Source: Lama guanicoe (Eukaryota). Taken from it: a stretch of DNA of 64,000 nucleotides. The notes under the pieces are model-generated. The model saw only the letters and a list, made by a program, of their open reading frames with translations. It was not told the DNA's origin and did no database searches. The DNA is taken from contig MU054307.1 in NCBI GenBank assembly GCA_013239625.1, forward strand, positions 1-64,000. Direction: 5' to 3'. Below are positions 49,601 to 64,000 of the stretch, piece after piece; within the stretch, counting starts at the first letter, position 1; every line of letters begins with the position of its first letter. A program made the translations under genes and the position numbers.

Positions 49601-51471
49601 TCTGCTTCTGATGAGGTGCTGTATGGAGAGCGTTACAATTCTGATCCCCAACACACCTGGTCAGCAAAGCAATGCCCCTCTCAGCTTCGACATTTAACAA
49701 GGCCCATCAGCTGGCTCAGAGACACGGGGAGGGGAATTTCACACAGAACAAATGTATAACCAACCCTCCTATACCATGGCACTCTTCTACTAGGAAACTG
49801 AAAAGCACAGAGGATGATGTATCAGTTCTAGACTTGTCAAGTGTATGGAGAAACTATTAGTCAACATGGCAGAAGGCTCATTGTATAAAGGTGGCCAATT
49901 TTGTTCCACATTCTAAGTTTTTGAAGAATTTTGTAGTATTTTCTGAGCTAGGATTGATATGCATTATTAACAAGAACTGAAAATTACAGTATCAGTGGCT
50001 GGATTAAAGGACATGATAGAAGGGTAGAGTTGTCAATGTACAGGAACCACAGGTGTAAATGAGGGTTTTCAGTGCGGGGTGAATATTTGGAAGTTTTAGA
50101 AGTTATTCCAGTCGTATCTTTAGTGTTCTTGTAGAAACGAGCCAGGCTATCATCATGGTTAGCTTATTACCTCGTTATGGAAGGCATAATTAATTCTGAG
50201 TTTGTTAGCATTTACTGCAGCATGTTTAAAGATTTTACAGAAATATTGTTATTCTCTGATTTTTTCTTTGGAGTTCTATATAAAACTGGGAAAAACTGCA
50301 TACTTTTATATATTATATATATTTAAATGTTATATTAAAAAAATAAAAATCACCCTAACACTATAATATTTAACTGGAATGATTGACAGGGTTTTATTCA
50401 CAGGATTTCATTCTCCATGCTGAACAACTGCAGAAAAAACAAAATGTCCTAAGTTGATTTTATTTTTTTAACTGAAAAATACATCCTTTCTCTAAAAAAG
50501 GGATCCTGTTGTTTTCTGGCATTTCCCCTTAGTCTCTGAGATAATACTTAATATAACAACATCTCAAAATATATATTCTGAATTGACAGGAGAATCAAAG
50601 TTTTTTAAAGGTAAACTGATTTCAGATTTCAAAATTATCCCAGCTCTACTTTAAGTATCCCAAATTTGTAAAAACAAAACAAAACAAAACAAAAACTAAT
50701 CTGCAAGTGAAACTCTTGATTTTCTTAAAATTCAACACATGATAGGGATTGTCTTTCATTGCATTCAGTAATAATTTTAAAAATAATTACTAACTAGTGA
50801 TTTTAAATATTCTCTTCCAAAAAATTAAAAGAAGATAAAGGTAAGTGATGAAAGATTTACACTGCCTATTTTAAAAAAAAAAAAACAAAACTTTCTAATG
50901 AGTTGTGACTAAATAAGAGAGATTTGGCTTTTTCCAATGAGGCCCATAAACTGCATTGTCAGGAATTAACTGTACATGTTGTAGAAGCACTGCTGGACCT
51001 TAGCCTGGCTTTTCAAATGGGCATATTGATTATTTCCTCTGGAAAATGGGTAGAGCTAATTAGAAATTAATCAAAATAATTAACCTCTGCACTCCTTCAG
51101 TGAATGAATCACTTTAAAAGATGTCAATGGAAAGCCCCAGGAGACCATTTTAGGTAAGGTTTTTTGAAGTTTTAAATGCATAAAAAGCTAAAAACTAGCA
51201 ATTTACTAATCTAAAATATTGCCCTAGTTTGAGTACAACAGCATTCATAATAGTCACAGGTTCCCTTCATTTTACACAAGAGGTGTTAACAACTTAAAAC
51301 TTGCTACTAGAAGTAAAATGTCTTTATCTGTTGTGTAAAGGTATATGGGACCATATGTCTCTTTGGAGACTCTTTGGAGACCTAAACATAGGTAAAATCA
51401 GCACAAGTTACTTTTCATGTGTCAAATATACGTGATTTCTGCTGAGAAATTAGTGGACACGTGTTGTAAGC

Positions 51472-51645
51472 CAGTGGTTCTTAGAGTTTTGTCCTTGCGC
51501 TAGTTGCATAACAGCACCTGAAACTTGTTACACATGCAAATTGTACAAGCACCGCCCCAGATAGACTGAATTACAAAGTCACAGGATCTGGGTGAGCACT
51601 CTGGGCTTTAACCAGCCCTCCAACTGATTCAGGCAGATGCTTGTG
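51472..51645. mobile_element. MER5A-like hAT MITE
   Basis: cagtggttctta...cagcacctgaaacttgttacacatgcaaatt...tttaaccagccctcc. Confidence 0.65.
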
Positions 51646-52562
51646 ATAGAGAAACAAGATCCTAGTAAACCACCATTGCTGAGAGCAATGCACTGTTAAA
51701 GGGGGCATCCTCATACTTCTCAAATCTTACAATGAGGAATTTATCAATAAAACTTACATCCTATAAGACTTCCAAAGCAAAGCCTTTAACAGCTTTTTTT
51801 TCTTTTTTTGGCTTAGTGAATTAAACCCAAATCTTAAATTTTGTAACTCAAGCATAAAAAGCCAGTTGCAGGGGTCACCTTGGAGAACTGGAAAAACCGG
51901 GAATTATATGATTTGCTCTCAGTAAGTTCTGATGATTAGTTCTTCGAATTGTTCATATGTAGATGTAGACATGGCTCATTAGCTTCCAATTCTAAAGCAA
52001 AATGAAGCATTGGCTATTTTGGAATTTCCCACCCAACTATGAAATACGTATCAGTAACATCACTATAAAGAGCTTTCCTTGCTTGAATCCTGTGAATCGC
52101 AGTTAGAAGGTAAGGAGCTCCTCATGTCTAAGTGCAACCTGAAGTTCTGTTCGTTTTGAGGGCTCTCACTCCTACTGAGAGTGCGTAGAAAACAACAATG
52201 CATAGAACTTTTGTGTCCCAGCCATAACCTCCAATTTCTCCTTTATGGTTTAAAATGCATTACTCACCTTGGATCTGTCTTTACTTTTTCTTGATATATT
52301 TTGTGTGTGTGTGTTTTGGGGGCAGAGAAGAAGGAGTTTAAACTCATCCCTCTCTTTGCCCTGTATGAGGCAGACTCAAGCTGTTATCAACTTATTATCC
52401 CATGAATACCCGATCCCATCAATATTTGTATTGTGATACTATATATTTAATAATAATTCATTTATATGTAAGCTTATTTTTAGAACTTTTTAAAATAAAG
52501 ATTTTTCAACCGTTTCTTGTTTTAATTTTTATTTGATGTGTCAAAGTAGATATAGATAGATA

Positions 52563-52995
52563 TAGACACACCTTATAGATATGGAAGGTTCTGTTCCAGA
52601 TCATTGCAATAATACAGGTATGGCAATAGAGCAAGTCAAACAATTTTTTTGGTTCCCCGGTGCATATAAATGTTATGTTTATACTACACTGTAGTCTATT
52701 AAGTGTGCAATAGCATTATGTTTAAAAATGTATATGCCTTAATTAAAAAATACTTTCTTGCTAAAAAAGGCTAACCCACACCTGAGCCTTTAGCAAGTCC
52801 TAGTCACTGGTTTGGATCACCATAACATATACAATAATAAAAGAAAATTTGAAATATTCTGAGAATTACCAAAATGTGATAGAGACATGAAATGAGAAAA
52901 TGCTGTTGGAAAAATAGTGCCAATTGATTTGTTATATGCAGGTTTGCCACAAACTTTGAATTTGGCAAAAGTGCAACAACTGCGAAGCACAATTA
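52563..52995. mobile_element. Internally deleted Tigger1-like DNA transposon
   Basis: gttccagatcattgcaataa...actgtagtctattaagtgtgcaatagcattatg...gagaattaccaaaatgtga. Confidence 0.75.
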
Positions 52996-55419
52996 AAAAA
53001 AAAAATCACTGTAAAGCTCTATATCACCAAAGTGTTCTCCAGAAAATCTGGTATAGTGATCTCTAACTACAGTATTTCTATCTTTATATTTATATATAAA
53101 TATACATTTATATAGTGCACATTATATAACTACATTATATTATAGACATTATCTAATTAGAGTGTATATTTATATATTATGTAATATTACATATTTACAA
53201 AATTTACATACACAATTTTACATATATGTAATAAAGTTAGAATGAAAATTGGAATGCTTGTAGCTAACCCTACAAAACTGTAATGTGTTTTCTTATAAAA
53301 ATCTTTAAATACAAACTATTTTACGCTACATAATAAAAATTTTTTTAGAACTATAAACAACATAAAGCAACTTGTTAAATAAAAATATTTAGCCCATGAC
53401 CTAAACTCACATATTACTCAGCAAATCACTAATTGGTTTAATTCAAGGAGCCCAGCATCAGCTCCTGCAGCCGCTTGGGAAGGGAGCAGTTTGAATCCAG
53501 GAATGTCCTTCAAAATTGCCTGTAGGATTTAAATGTACACAGACCTGGAGTCCAAGCTAGAACTCCCAGAGAAGGATTTTCGAGGCAGGAAGTGTAGGAC
53601 ATTTTGTTTTAATTCATGTTAAGGAATTTTCATTTTATAGTAAATAATCGGGACAATATATGATCCATTGGAAACCTGAGAAAATAAAGAATCTCTGAGG
53701 TGCTGCTGATTTGGATGTTTTGCTTTTATGAGGCTGCCCTGGGATGACTCTTAGAACTCATGTTTTGATTTCTCCAGCTCATTTTCCAACTATTCCATCC
53801 ATTCTGCCTTGTGTTCTAGGTCCTTGGTATGTCTGATGGTTGCCCTTTCCCAGCTTCCAGCCCTTGGGCAGGTTTGTCCTGTCTTTGCTGTTTCTCTTTC
53901 TCGAGTTATCTATTATTTCAGTGGCTCTTTATGAGCAGAAATATGTGCTGAGTCTATCATATTTAACCAAAATTAGAATTCCTGTGACTGAGCTAATGTC
54001 AGCCATTTTGACGTAGAAAACCACACTTTCTTTTCTCTGGGAGAAGAAGGTTTCATCTAGTGTAAATCTGAGTGGAGCTTTTGTCCTAATCGGCCAGGTC
54101 ATGTCTAGTTTATTTCCAGTTTGGATTTATTTTCTTTGTCCTTTATACACATATTCTACATCTGGTTTCTTTTAATCTTTGGTTTTTTGTTTCAAAGAGT
54201 AGTTTTTAGGTTGTTCTCAAGTTTCCATCCATCCCCCTTTTCAGATGGTCTGTCCCTTGCTATGTGCTTTCATCTTACTTCAGCCATTCCTGGTCTCCTG
54301 TATTCTGCCTCCTCTCTCAACCAGCACTCTTTCCACTTCAGCCTATTTTTAAGATGTTCTGACCACAAGTGCTAGAAATTCCATGGTCTTTTAACATAAA
54401 TTGGTAGGTCAGTCTAATATTCTTCTGATTCCTGTGGCAAATAGTTTCCAGAAACATGCCCATATTCAGAGTAATATTTCTTACCTTTATTTTTCATTTC
54501 TTCAGGCCAGGATGGTTCTAAAATATGTATAAGACCAGTCTAGAAGTGAGAATTATGGCCTTCAAAATGGTCATATTTATATGCACAGGTAAAAATTAAT
54601 GAGACTGGAATGTCACTTGAAGAAACAGCAGTGACTGCAGCTTTAAACCAGCATATATTAAGTTCTCAAAGTTGTGTGAATGAAAGCCATGCAATTGTCA
54701 GTCCTTTTTGTGTGAATAGCTCATGATATCTTGTTACTCCAGACACTGCTGTTCTTTGATTCCAGGACTCCTCAGCCCATGACTCTGGTTTTGGGCTCCT
54801 ACTTTCATTCTTTCAGGTTTTTTTGCCTCCTTGACTGATCTTGTGTCCTCAGCTTGAGGTTCCATGCTCTTAGGAACTTACTGTTAAATGGCCCTTTAGT
54901 TTTTCTGTTGCCTGAGGTATGCCCATGCTCTGATTCCTCTGAACCCAAACCCTGACAGTGTGGGCTGGCACCAGGAACACTCTTTCATCCCGTGTGGGAA
55001 TTGGAGTCCCCAGAAGTGTGGTCAGTCAGTGCAGTCAAACTATTGGAAGCACTCTGCATGTTTGGTTGGATATCTTTTTAAATAATAACCATGTCAGTAT
55101 TCATTTATTTCAATTCTTCCCTGATTCTGTGTTGATTACTTCCTGTATAAAATATTTTCAGCTCCAAAAGACAATACTCTCCTTTGATCCTGTTTTGTGA
55201 TTGAGGGGGAATATTGTGTCCTCTTAAACCAACAACTAAGGGAATTCCTCCTCTAACCAACTCCTCTACCTGGGCCAGGGGCAGAGTTTACTACTGTTGT
55301 GGATATGTCAAGAAAGGATTTGGTTATGGTGATTAAAGAAAATTCTATCCATATACACATGTCCATAGCTTGAGAAATTACTAACTTACTAAAGTAATGT
55401 CATATTCTTTGCATTTCTC

Positions 55420-55880
55420 ATCAGTTGCTTACTATTGCCATAATACTTGGTAACAAACAACTACTGAAGGCATATACAGCAATAAATGTCCATTGCTCAC
55501 ATCTCTGTACTGGTCGGGTTAGAGACTGCTGATTTTGGCTGAGCTTTTTCACAGGTGGCATCAGTTGGCTGTTGACAAATCTAGGCTGACTGTGGCTGGA
55601 CAGCTGGCTCTCTCAGCTGAGCTGACTCCCTCTGATCCACATGTCTCATCTCCTAGGAACAATAGGTTAGCCTTGGCTTACTTATAAAAAAAATATTATG
55701 GCAATGGCAGATGGCAAGAGAAAATATTCCAAAAGTTCGAGATCACTTCATGCCTCTGCTTGTATTGTATTAGCTAAAAGTCATGTTGGCCAAAGAGCTG
55801 AGACGGAGGGCACTACAAAGTTACATGGCAAAGTCCCTGGGTAGAGGAAGGCTGAATGTCACTGATGCATTCAGTTATCA
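55420..55880 (-). mobile_element. MaLR (MLT1-type) LTR, degenerate
   Basis: tattgccataatacttggtaacaaac...aaagtcatgttggccaa...caaagttacatggcaaag. Confidence 0.55.
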
Positions 55881-58800
55881 TATTCTTTGTACACATGGGA
55901 GCAAGACATTTAAGGAAACAGAAATTACAAGTCCAAATTGTCTAAAAATTTTCAGAAGACATTATTATTGTAATATTATACCTTGGAAGTCTTCTCCCAA
56001 GCATAAAGTCAAAGCTGCTAAGAACAGTTTGTGTAGAAGCACACCTAAGGGGATGCTGCCACTTTCACTAATGATCGCTTTCTATTAGGAGATGAAAATT
56101 GTCTTAGTTTTTGTGTTAGTATTGTGTTCAGGAAAAAGTATGTGTAGTTTGTTTTATTCTTTGAAAATAATTATAATCTTAGACTGCTAATGGGTGCAGG
56201 ATTTCTTTGGGGATGATGAAAATGTTCTGAAATTAGATAGTAGTAATGGCCACACAACTCTGTGAATATACTAAACACCACTGATTTGTAAACCATAAAA
56301 GGATGAATTTTAAGGGACGTGAACTAATCTTAATAAAGTTATTATTTAAACTATTTAAAATTTGAAGCATCTTTAATGCTGCATGTATAAATAAGAAGTA
56401 TATATTATACCTAATATGTATAATTTTCAAATTTACTGCTTAAATTTAAGAACAGTAAAGGAAAATTTTTTAGTAGTTACTTTTTCTATGCAGAATTTTG
56501 GAATGCTTTCTTAAAACTGATTTTGGTATAGTTCTGAATTAAGTGAGAGTAAAACCTTAAAATTAAACTAAATGAAATAATGTAAATCAAAGTCCTAGGA
56601 AAACGTAAGCATTATCAAAAAGGATCTCATTGCTATAGTAAGTAAACAGGTATAAGTTTACGATTTGTAAAATGTCAAATATACTGTTAAATATTTGTCT
56701 ATTATCTAGGCTTTTTCCCTCCCTAAGTTCCATTTATCATGAATCATTGAGCATAATCACATTTCTATACAAAACATAATATAAGAACTCTATGAAGTGC
56801 ATGTTAAACACAAAGTACATGTGCTAGGAGAAGGCTAGGAACATGCTGATGACTAAGCCAAGGTCTCTGCCTTCAAAATCAAAAGAAAATTTTAATACCT
56901 GGATTTTAATTTGAATATTTTTTTCCTGAATTAATTTTTGTTATTTTCTTGGTTCTTTTCACAATGAGCCATTGAATTAGGAAAGATGCTATTTATGGAT
57001 TTTCTGACAATATAGCATAAAGTAAATATCTGTATTCTTAAATTTGGATGCTAATATTATACCCTAAATTTCAAAAAAATTGTTGATGTGACATTCTCAT
57101 AGGGACCTTGTCATCTACACAGACGAAAATGCTTGAGCAAGCATTTGTTATGATTCTATGTTATGAAACTTTTAGTAACAAAAAGTGTATAAACTAAATA
57201 TGTCAAATTAAATAAAGCTTTATATATACAAGAATTATTTTTTAAAGTGCTGTGAGTACAAATTAAGCTGATAATCTAATTTATTCTCTTTTATCTTCTC
57301 ATTTTTTTTTAGCAAAAATAAAGGTCAAAATGTGCTAGGTTGGACCAGATGAAATTGCCATTTTGTAGATCCTGACTGGTCAGATACTGACAATTTTGTG
57401 TAGTTCAAGCAAACAGAAGTACTACTGCACTGACAGACTGTATATTGAGATACACAAAGGCATGCTCCAGGCCATTTCCTCACAAAACTGTTCTGCCCTC
57501 CAGAATAAGAAGATATTAAGTAAAACCCCAAATTTGTTGGCATTAAAGTTCATCATGATTTAATCCCTCAAAATGACCTGTTTCTGAATATAGAATCATC
57601 CTTTCTAGTCTTCTATATATTTCTGGTTTTGTTGCTAACAATAATGTAGATTTTTTGAGACAATTTATTTACTGCAGTCAAAGCTAGTGCCCTTCTAAAT
57701 GGCTTTCACTGGATTACTTCCACCTTCAGCTTCCCTCTCAAAATTAATCTAAACCTGAAAGGGGATGGGGAAGCAAACAGAGGGCATACTAGTGTGCATA
57801 ATGTTTTAGTGAGAATCATGTAAAAGTGCTGAGCGTATCATTGAAGTTTATCAAGCTTTAGAGTAGATCATTACCAGATAAGCTGGCTTGAGACATGGGA
57901 GGCCCACCTGTTAGTACAAGTATCTTAATTTCCTTCTGCATTAGTTTTTAAAATCTATATAATATCATTTATAATATTATTTCCTTAGCTTCATTACAGA
58001 GCTGTTGTTCAGATTAAATATGTAATATCCATAAGCAGTATTTTCAAAATAAACAATACATTTTAATAACTATTATTTTTGTATTAACTTCAAATTGCAA
58101 CGATGCAATCACCTAAACATTTGACAAAAATAATCCATGTCTCAATGGTATTCTAAAGAGTATTTGTGACATAGCAAATGCCAAAGAAAATGGCTCTATT
58201 TTTAAAACATTAGTATAATGTAGTACATTTATAATAATCCTGGCAGCAAGAAATCCTCCCTCCCAGATTTTACATACAGGATTGCACTTTCAAATCCTCC
58301 TGAAAGAAAGCTCATTCAGTTGTCCATTTGCAAATTTATGTATAATCTGAAATACTACCAAAGCCTGAAATCTCTCTTCCTTTCAATTAGCTAAACTAAT
58401 TTTATTGTATCACAAAGTGTGAACAGATATTTTTACATTTCCTTTGAAAGTAAGTATGCTCATACAGTACATTATCCTACAAGAACTATAATCTGTGTGT
58501 TAAATATAAAGCAATTTATTGTATCAGTTGGGATGTTTGTAACTGAATATATGACTCAACCTGACTGAATAAGAATATTTATTATCTAATATAACAACGG
58601 TATAGAATTAGTCCAGGACTGTTAGACACATTGGTCCAATGCTGCTCTTAAAGACAGGAGGTTCTTTTTACCTTTCTTTTCCACCATGTTCAGCTTGACT
58701 TTATGTTCATGGCTGCAAGACTGTAGTTGATTCAGATGAAATATTAAGATATGAAAATATGCAGGTGAAGAAAAGGACTATCTCTTTCCATGTTCTCTAA

Positions 58801-59379
58801 GGAGAACTGAAACTCATTGCAAAACTTTTGCTCACAAATCATTTGCCAAGATAGGCTTGTATGTAAATCACTGCCGAGGGGCATAGGATTGCCATATTGA
58901 CCAAGGTAAGTCATGTAGAGTGGAAAGGATGTTGGAAAGTCAACCACAAAAATCACCTTAATCATACACTCTTCCATTGTTGATGTATAAATAGTCATCA
59001 TATGTATGCATAAAACTTAACATGCAAATACAGGCTTCTGAGATTGTTTCTTAAAAAATATTCAGAAGCCAGAAAAAATCCTGCATTCCAGATTAACACC
59101 TAAGTAGCTTTCAACTGATAAGGAAAAAAAATCCCAAATTTTTATTTATTTCATCTGACCTCATGTAGTTGTTAATTACACATGCAGTTGTTTCCTCCAT
59201 AAGGGTTCTCTTTTCATGCCAGAAAAAACACTGTGTTACCTACTTTCCACAAACACTTTCAGAAGGCAAGATGTTCACCAGGTGGTCAAAATATGTTCAT
59301 TTCATTTAATTTCAGAATTTGCAAGTAAGAGTAATTGAAAATCTCAGCTTACATAATCAGAATTTTAGCATTTTGCAAT

Positions 59380-61020
59380 CACATATAAACAGATAAAAAA
59401 ATTATCAGACATTTTAAGAAAGTCTCTAACATGAAAAAAGTTTTAACAAAGAAAGGGAAAAAAAGGAAATTTGGAGGAAACAGAGAACATCTTGTAAACA
59501 GAAATCTCAGAAAGAAAATTTAAAATGATTATATGTATAAAAAAATAGAATCCTATAATAAAAAAAATTTAAAGAATAGAGTTAACTCTGTGTGTATAAA
59601 GTGTGTATATATAACTATATACATAAAGATATAGTTACTAAAAATGTTCATTTTTAAAAACAAAAGACATGGGGATATATAAGAAAAATATATCAAAGTT
59701 AGGGAACCAATCCAGAAGTATCAATAGCTAATAATAAGAGTCCCAAAAAATATAACAGAAAATATGGAAGTGAACATTTATATTTAACTATTATGCAAAT
59801 GCCCCATAACTGAATAATAGTTTCCAGAAGAATCAAAAAAGTCCCCATAGAAATGACCAAAAAACCCACCTATACCAAAACCAGTCACCCTAAAGTTACA
59901 CAACAGTGGATATGAAATGAAGAGTATAAATTCTTACAGAGGGAGAAAAAAGAAAACAGGCCCCTCCAAAGAATCATGATACAGAATGTCATTAGCCTTC
60001 TCATTGGAAGCTCAAAGAAGGTGGAATGATGTTTTCAAATTTCTGAGACAAGATGGTGTAAACCCAGCCAGACCACCAATCATGTATGAAGGTTGTCTAA
60101 AGGATTTTCAGATAGTCAGAGTCCTGATGCTCATATTCATCCTCAAGAAGCTGCCTGGGGTTTGTGCTCTGCATAGTTGAATGAGAAAAACAAGGAAGTG
60201 GAAGAACGCATACACTGGAAAGAGCTTTCCCCCAGAAGAGCTGTGAAAGCTGATCGGCAAGAGAAGGAAGTCCCAAGATGACCACCAAGCAGGAAGTCTG
60301 GAGAGCAAATGATTCAGACTGGAGCTGGAGGACAAGGGACTTCAGGAGGAAGACCTCCAAGAAAAAGTAAAACTGAATAGGAACATGTTTAGGTCCTTCG
60401 AGGAGATATTTAAAGATTGTTAGAGGATGAAATTGTGATAGTTACACTGAAAGGTGACCAAATGAAAAAAGAAACTCCAGGGCAACAATGAATTGGGCAA
60501 AATATGAAATATAATGTTAATATACTACATGGCATATTCTACATGGCTTTGCTATGAATACTATTTACATAGTCACATAATGCAAATATTGACTATTGAG
60601 TTAACTACTAAACACTAAGAATCTGATTTATGTAATTTTTTTGGAAGAAATATTGTGTGTTTATGTGTGTGTACATAGGTATATGCTTATACATGTGGCT
60701 GTAAATATGTGCTCTTGCAGAGAGAGGGCAGCATAAGAAAGCTCAATTGTTCTCCTGTGTTTTCCATTTTGGCAGGTCCATGGATGCTGCTTATGACTGA
60801 ATAATTAAGGAAGAACAGGATACCCATGTGACTCAGAAAATGGAGGCAAATAACAGACAGAACAGCTAAAATGTTAAATGGAGTAGGGTATCTGGGGTTT
60901 ACAATCTGAAGTATGGGAGAGCAGAAAAAAAGACTTGTTTTGGTGCAAGATTCATAGAACTATCAAACTCTTTCAACAATAAGCAGTATAATTTTGCTAA
61001 AACTGAGAATCAAAGAAACA
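59380..61020 (+). mobile_element. Ancient L1 5'/ORF1-region remnant
   Basis: A-rich; ORF1-like peptide LEAQRRWNDVFKFLR...NPARPPIMYEG. Confidence 0.55.
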
Positions 61021-63979
61021 ATAGGTAGACTACTCCTGAAAATGAAATAGCTCCTAGTGAAGAAAGGAAAGGAATGAGTGGCCATGGAACAGTTTTTTTT
61101 TTTAATTTGTCAATTATTTTATACCTATAAACTAAGCATGCCATGTGTATGTATAATATCTTCAAAAATTAATCATGTGATATATAAAGGGAAAAAAACA
61201 TGAAAGACTATGATGTTATATAATCATGCCCCTCCAGAATATATACACAGTTTTAATGAAATGTTGCCTGAAATACAGGCACAAAATAGACCATAAGTAT
61301 GTCTGGGATACCTTGAAGAAAATGTCATATAATGAACTTATCACCTTCCATCTTATAGTATGCCATTATGAAATACACAGTCTAAAAGTTGAGACTATAT
61401 CTTGAAATCAGTATCTCTTCAAAAACTTTTACTGGACACTTACCTACTTTTTAAATTTTCTATTCAGTAGAAACAAGTGATGCTCCATCTTAGTGATTTC
61501 ATAATTAATTATTCTGAAAATTAACATTTTCAAGTTTTGATATTTTATGCAATAAAGGCATTCCATTTTTTACATTATTTATATTCCACTACGGGAGTTT
61601 GTAAATATAAGATGGATCTATCCCAGAATAGCAACTAATAAACAGGTCTAGATGTTTAGGAGAACAACTTTCCACCTGCATGTCTGTAGGACTCCTTTGC
61701 CTTTTCCCCCTCCACCTCCCACCAAGTCCCCTTCTGTCATATCTTACTTAGTGTAGCAGATGTGGATAAACTAAAGATATACAACAGCTTTTAAAAATTT
61801 GAATAATTACAGATTTTATCAGCACGGTAATAAAAAGTTTTATCTTTCAAACTCAGAAAACCATTAGGTGCTAGAAAACATTTAAATAAGTTTACATTTC
61901 TTACATTAAGATTCCCTGATTTTTCAAAGAATACTTCATGTTGACAGCTACAAAGAACTTTAAGGTGGGGGAGTGGTTTTTTTCTCATAAAATACATAGT
62001 CCAATCTAAACATAATTAACCCACTTAAGAGTTAGAGAGATGGGGAGGTTTAGTTTCCTGAGTCCTATGTAATGTAAGCAATATGTCTTTAGAGAAATCT
62101 GTCCTGTTGGGATAAAGGGAACTCTAGTAATATCTTGAATGTACCCAAGGGTGGATCTATTCTTATGCAAATGCAATTACCATGGTTCTATATAGGAAGC
62201 TCCCTTCTATGCATGATGCTGCTCCTGTGCCAAGCTACTGAGGGAGAGAAAAATGACTGCACTGTATGTCAAATTGATTGTGCCTCTCTCATGGAGCGTG
62301 TCAAATACATTGCATTTTTCCTGAGCCCATTTAGATGGAGTATCATCCTGCTGTGTTCCTTTGGATCCTGTACAGACTTCTGATTGCTGAATTGTAACAC
62401 TAATCATAATAATTATCTATGTAACAAGTTCGCAATATGAAATGCTACAGATGGCCACATTTTCTTCACAGAGCAATCAAGCTTATTTGTACAATCTACT
62501 TGCTCCCAGATAAAACAAAAGGCAACATGTACGTCTTTGTATGTTCATCACATACTATAAGTGGCAATTTAGGCCTAGTACATCAGAGGAAATGAGAGAT
62601 GGTAAGAGAGAGTGCTAAAGAACTTTTCAATGAAGCATATTTGGGTTTTGCTATTAGCTTTACAGATATTATCATTATATATCCAATTAAATACTAAAGA
62701 TTTGGTTTTTTTCAGAGCAAGCAATTTTGTTTTTCCTATCTAGAATCTGATATTCATTTTGACAAAAGAGGACATGCAAATGAATTCTAATTCAAATATA
62801 ATACTGTAAGTATAAGTTATTGAAATAGAATGTAGAGCAAATTTATGACCTTCAAAATATGGTCTTCTAGGATTGACTGCAGTTGGAAACAGTTTACTCT
62901 CCCTGTCACTTCAACAATTGCCATGTGGGCCTTTAGTTCCAATCTGGTCACCACTTACAGGCGGCGGCAGGACTGGAGAGAGATTTTGCTGATATTGGCA
63001 CTGACGCTCTGCTGAAGAGATATATTACTTTTGTCTTGTTACTGATTCTGAAACATGGCCCATTTTGCTGACCAATGTTTTCTACAATTTGTATGCCAAC
63101 AAATTCACTACAGCAAAGGGGAAATTCCTTCTCCTCTGACTTTTATTTAATATTTTATCAAAATCAAAGGAGCCTCTGGCATTATGAGGGTAAATGCACA
63201 GAACATATTTGAAAAGACTAGGAACCTTAGTTGAGTGTGTTATGGTGCCTAACTTGTATCTACTCATGATCAAATAGGAGCAAATACTCAATATACATCT
63301 ATAAAGGTGATCATGTCCCATTTCTCTGCTCTGAGTTCATTTTTGGTTTTACTAGTGGTTTAATTTTTAACCACTAGGATTTTATACTGGTCTATCCTGA
63401 AATAAGAACCAGATGTGATTTTTGCATAGTAACTTTATATCCTAGTCACTGGTCTATACTGTGCTTTCTGCAGTGTGTCCTCAGTATTGAAGTAGCTGTT
63501 GAAGTATCAGGAGTGAAATTATGTAACAGCTTTTTAATTAATCATGTGACTTATAAATTTTAAACTGAACATCATAAATCCATTTGAATAGACACACGAC
63601 AGTTGTAATGCCTGAGAAGTGAAGGGTTCAGATATTCTTTAGAAAATAAAAACATATAGAGTGAATTTTTCTTGAGGCCCACCTAATAGTTTATCCTCTT
63701 CACTTTAAAATATACATGATAAAGTGAATGCTATCTTTTAACTCCTTTTTCCACTACAACTGCCATTTTGATTTCCTGAAAACTTGATTCCTCTTTATTG
63801 TAAAGAATAAAATTTAAACTTCCCATCTTTCTAATTTGAAAAACCAAGGAATGAAAACTCTGTTCTGGGACAGCTAGAAGATGTCAATCAATTCATTTAA
63901 ACTCCAACAGAAAATAACAGAGTAACGACATCATGTTCCTTTGGATGGATGGCAGATAATTAACCAAATGATTTCAAAT

Positions 63980-64000
63980 TGGGGGGTGAGGGTGTAGCTC
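63980..64000 (+). mobile_element. Start of a tRNA-derived SINE, cut by the window edge
   Basis: gggggtgagggtgtagctc matches the other SINE heads in this window. Confidence 0.6.

Noticed and set aside
62135..62383. ORF with a signal-peptide-like, Cys-rich sequence
   Set aside because: Short, no recognisable family and no supporting gene structure.
62959..63011. SANIS peptide resembling the KCNQ5 C-terminus (STSANISRGLQF)
   Set aside because: The flanks do not match and there is no long terminal-exon ORF.

Overview
Mammalian genomic DNA, very probably camelid, judged from tRNA-derived Vic-1-type SINEs. It is repeat-rich: L1, SINE, MaLR/ERV LTRs and Tigger/Charlie MITEs, with three N gaps. There are no prokaryote-type systems and I can support no intact long CDS. 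The main content is (1) a three-exon DPPA5-like gene (11116-11886, +) with canonical splice sites and a 116-codon frame broken by a single TGA where a Trp is expected; (2) a candidate two-exon 118-aa reading frame with one internal stop (17217-19292, +) that may be a relic of a divergent gene in the DPPA5/KHDC/OOEP cluster; (3) two CpG-island promoters (~21 kb, ~27.7 kb), the first apparently bidirectional; (4) three minus-strand retrocopies: SUGP1 3' end, CTDP1/FCP1 and KXD1; (5) an inverted, locally templated insertion inside an L1. Protein and repeat-family identities come from my recall of reference sequences, not from a database search.
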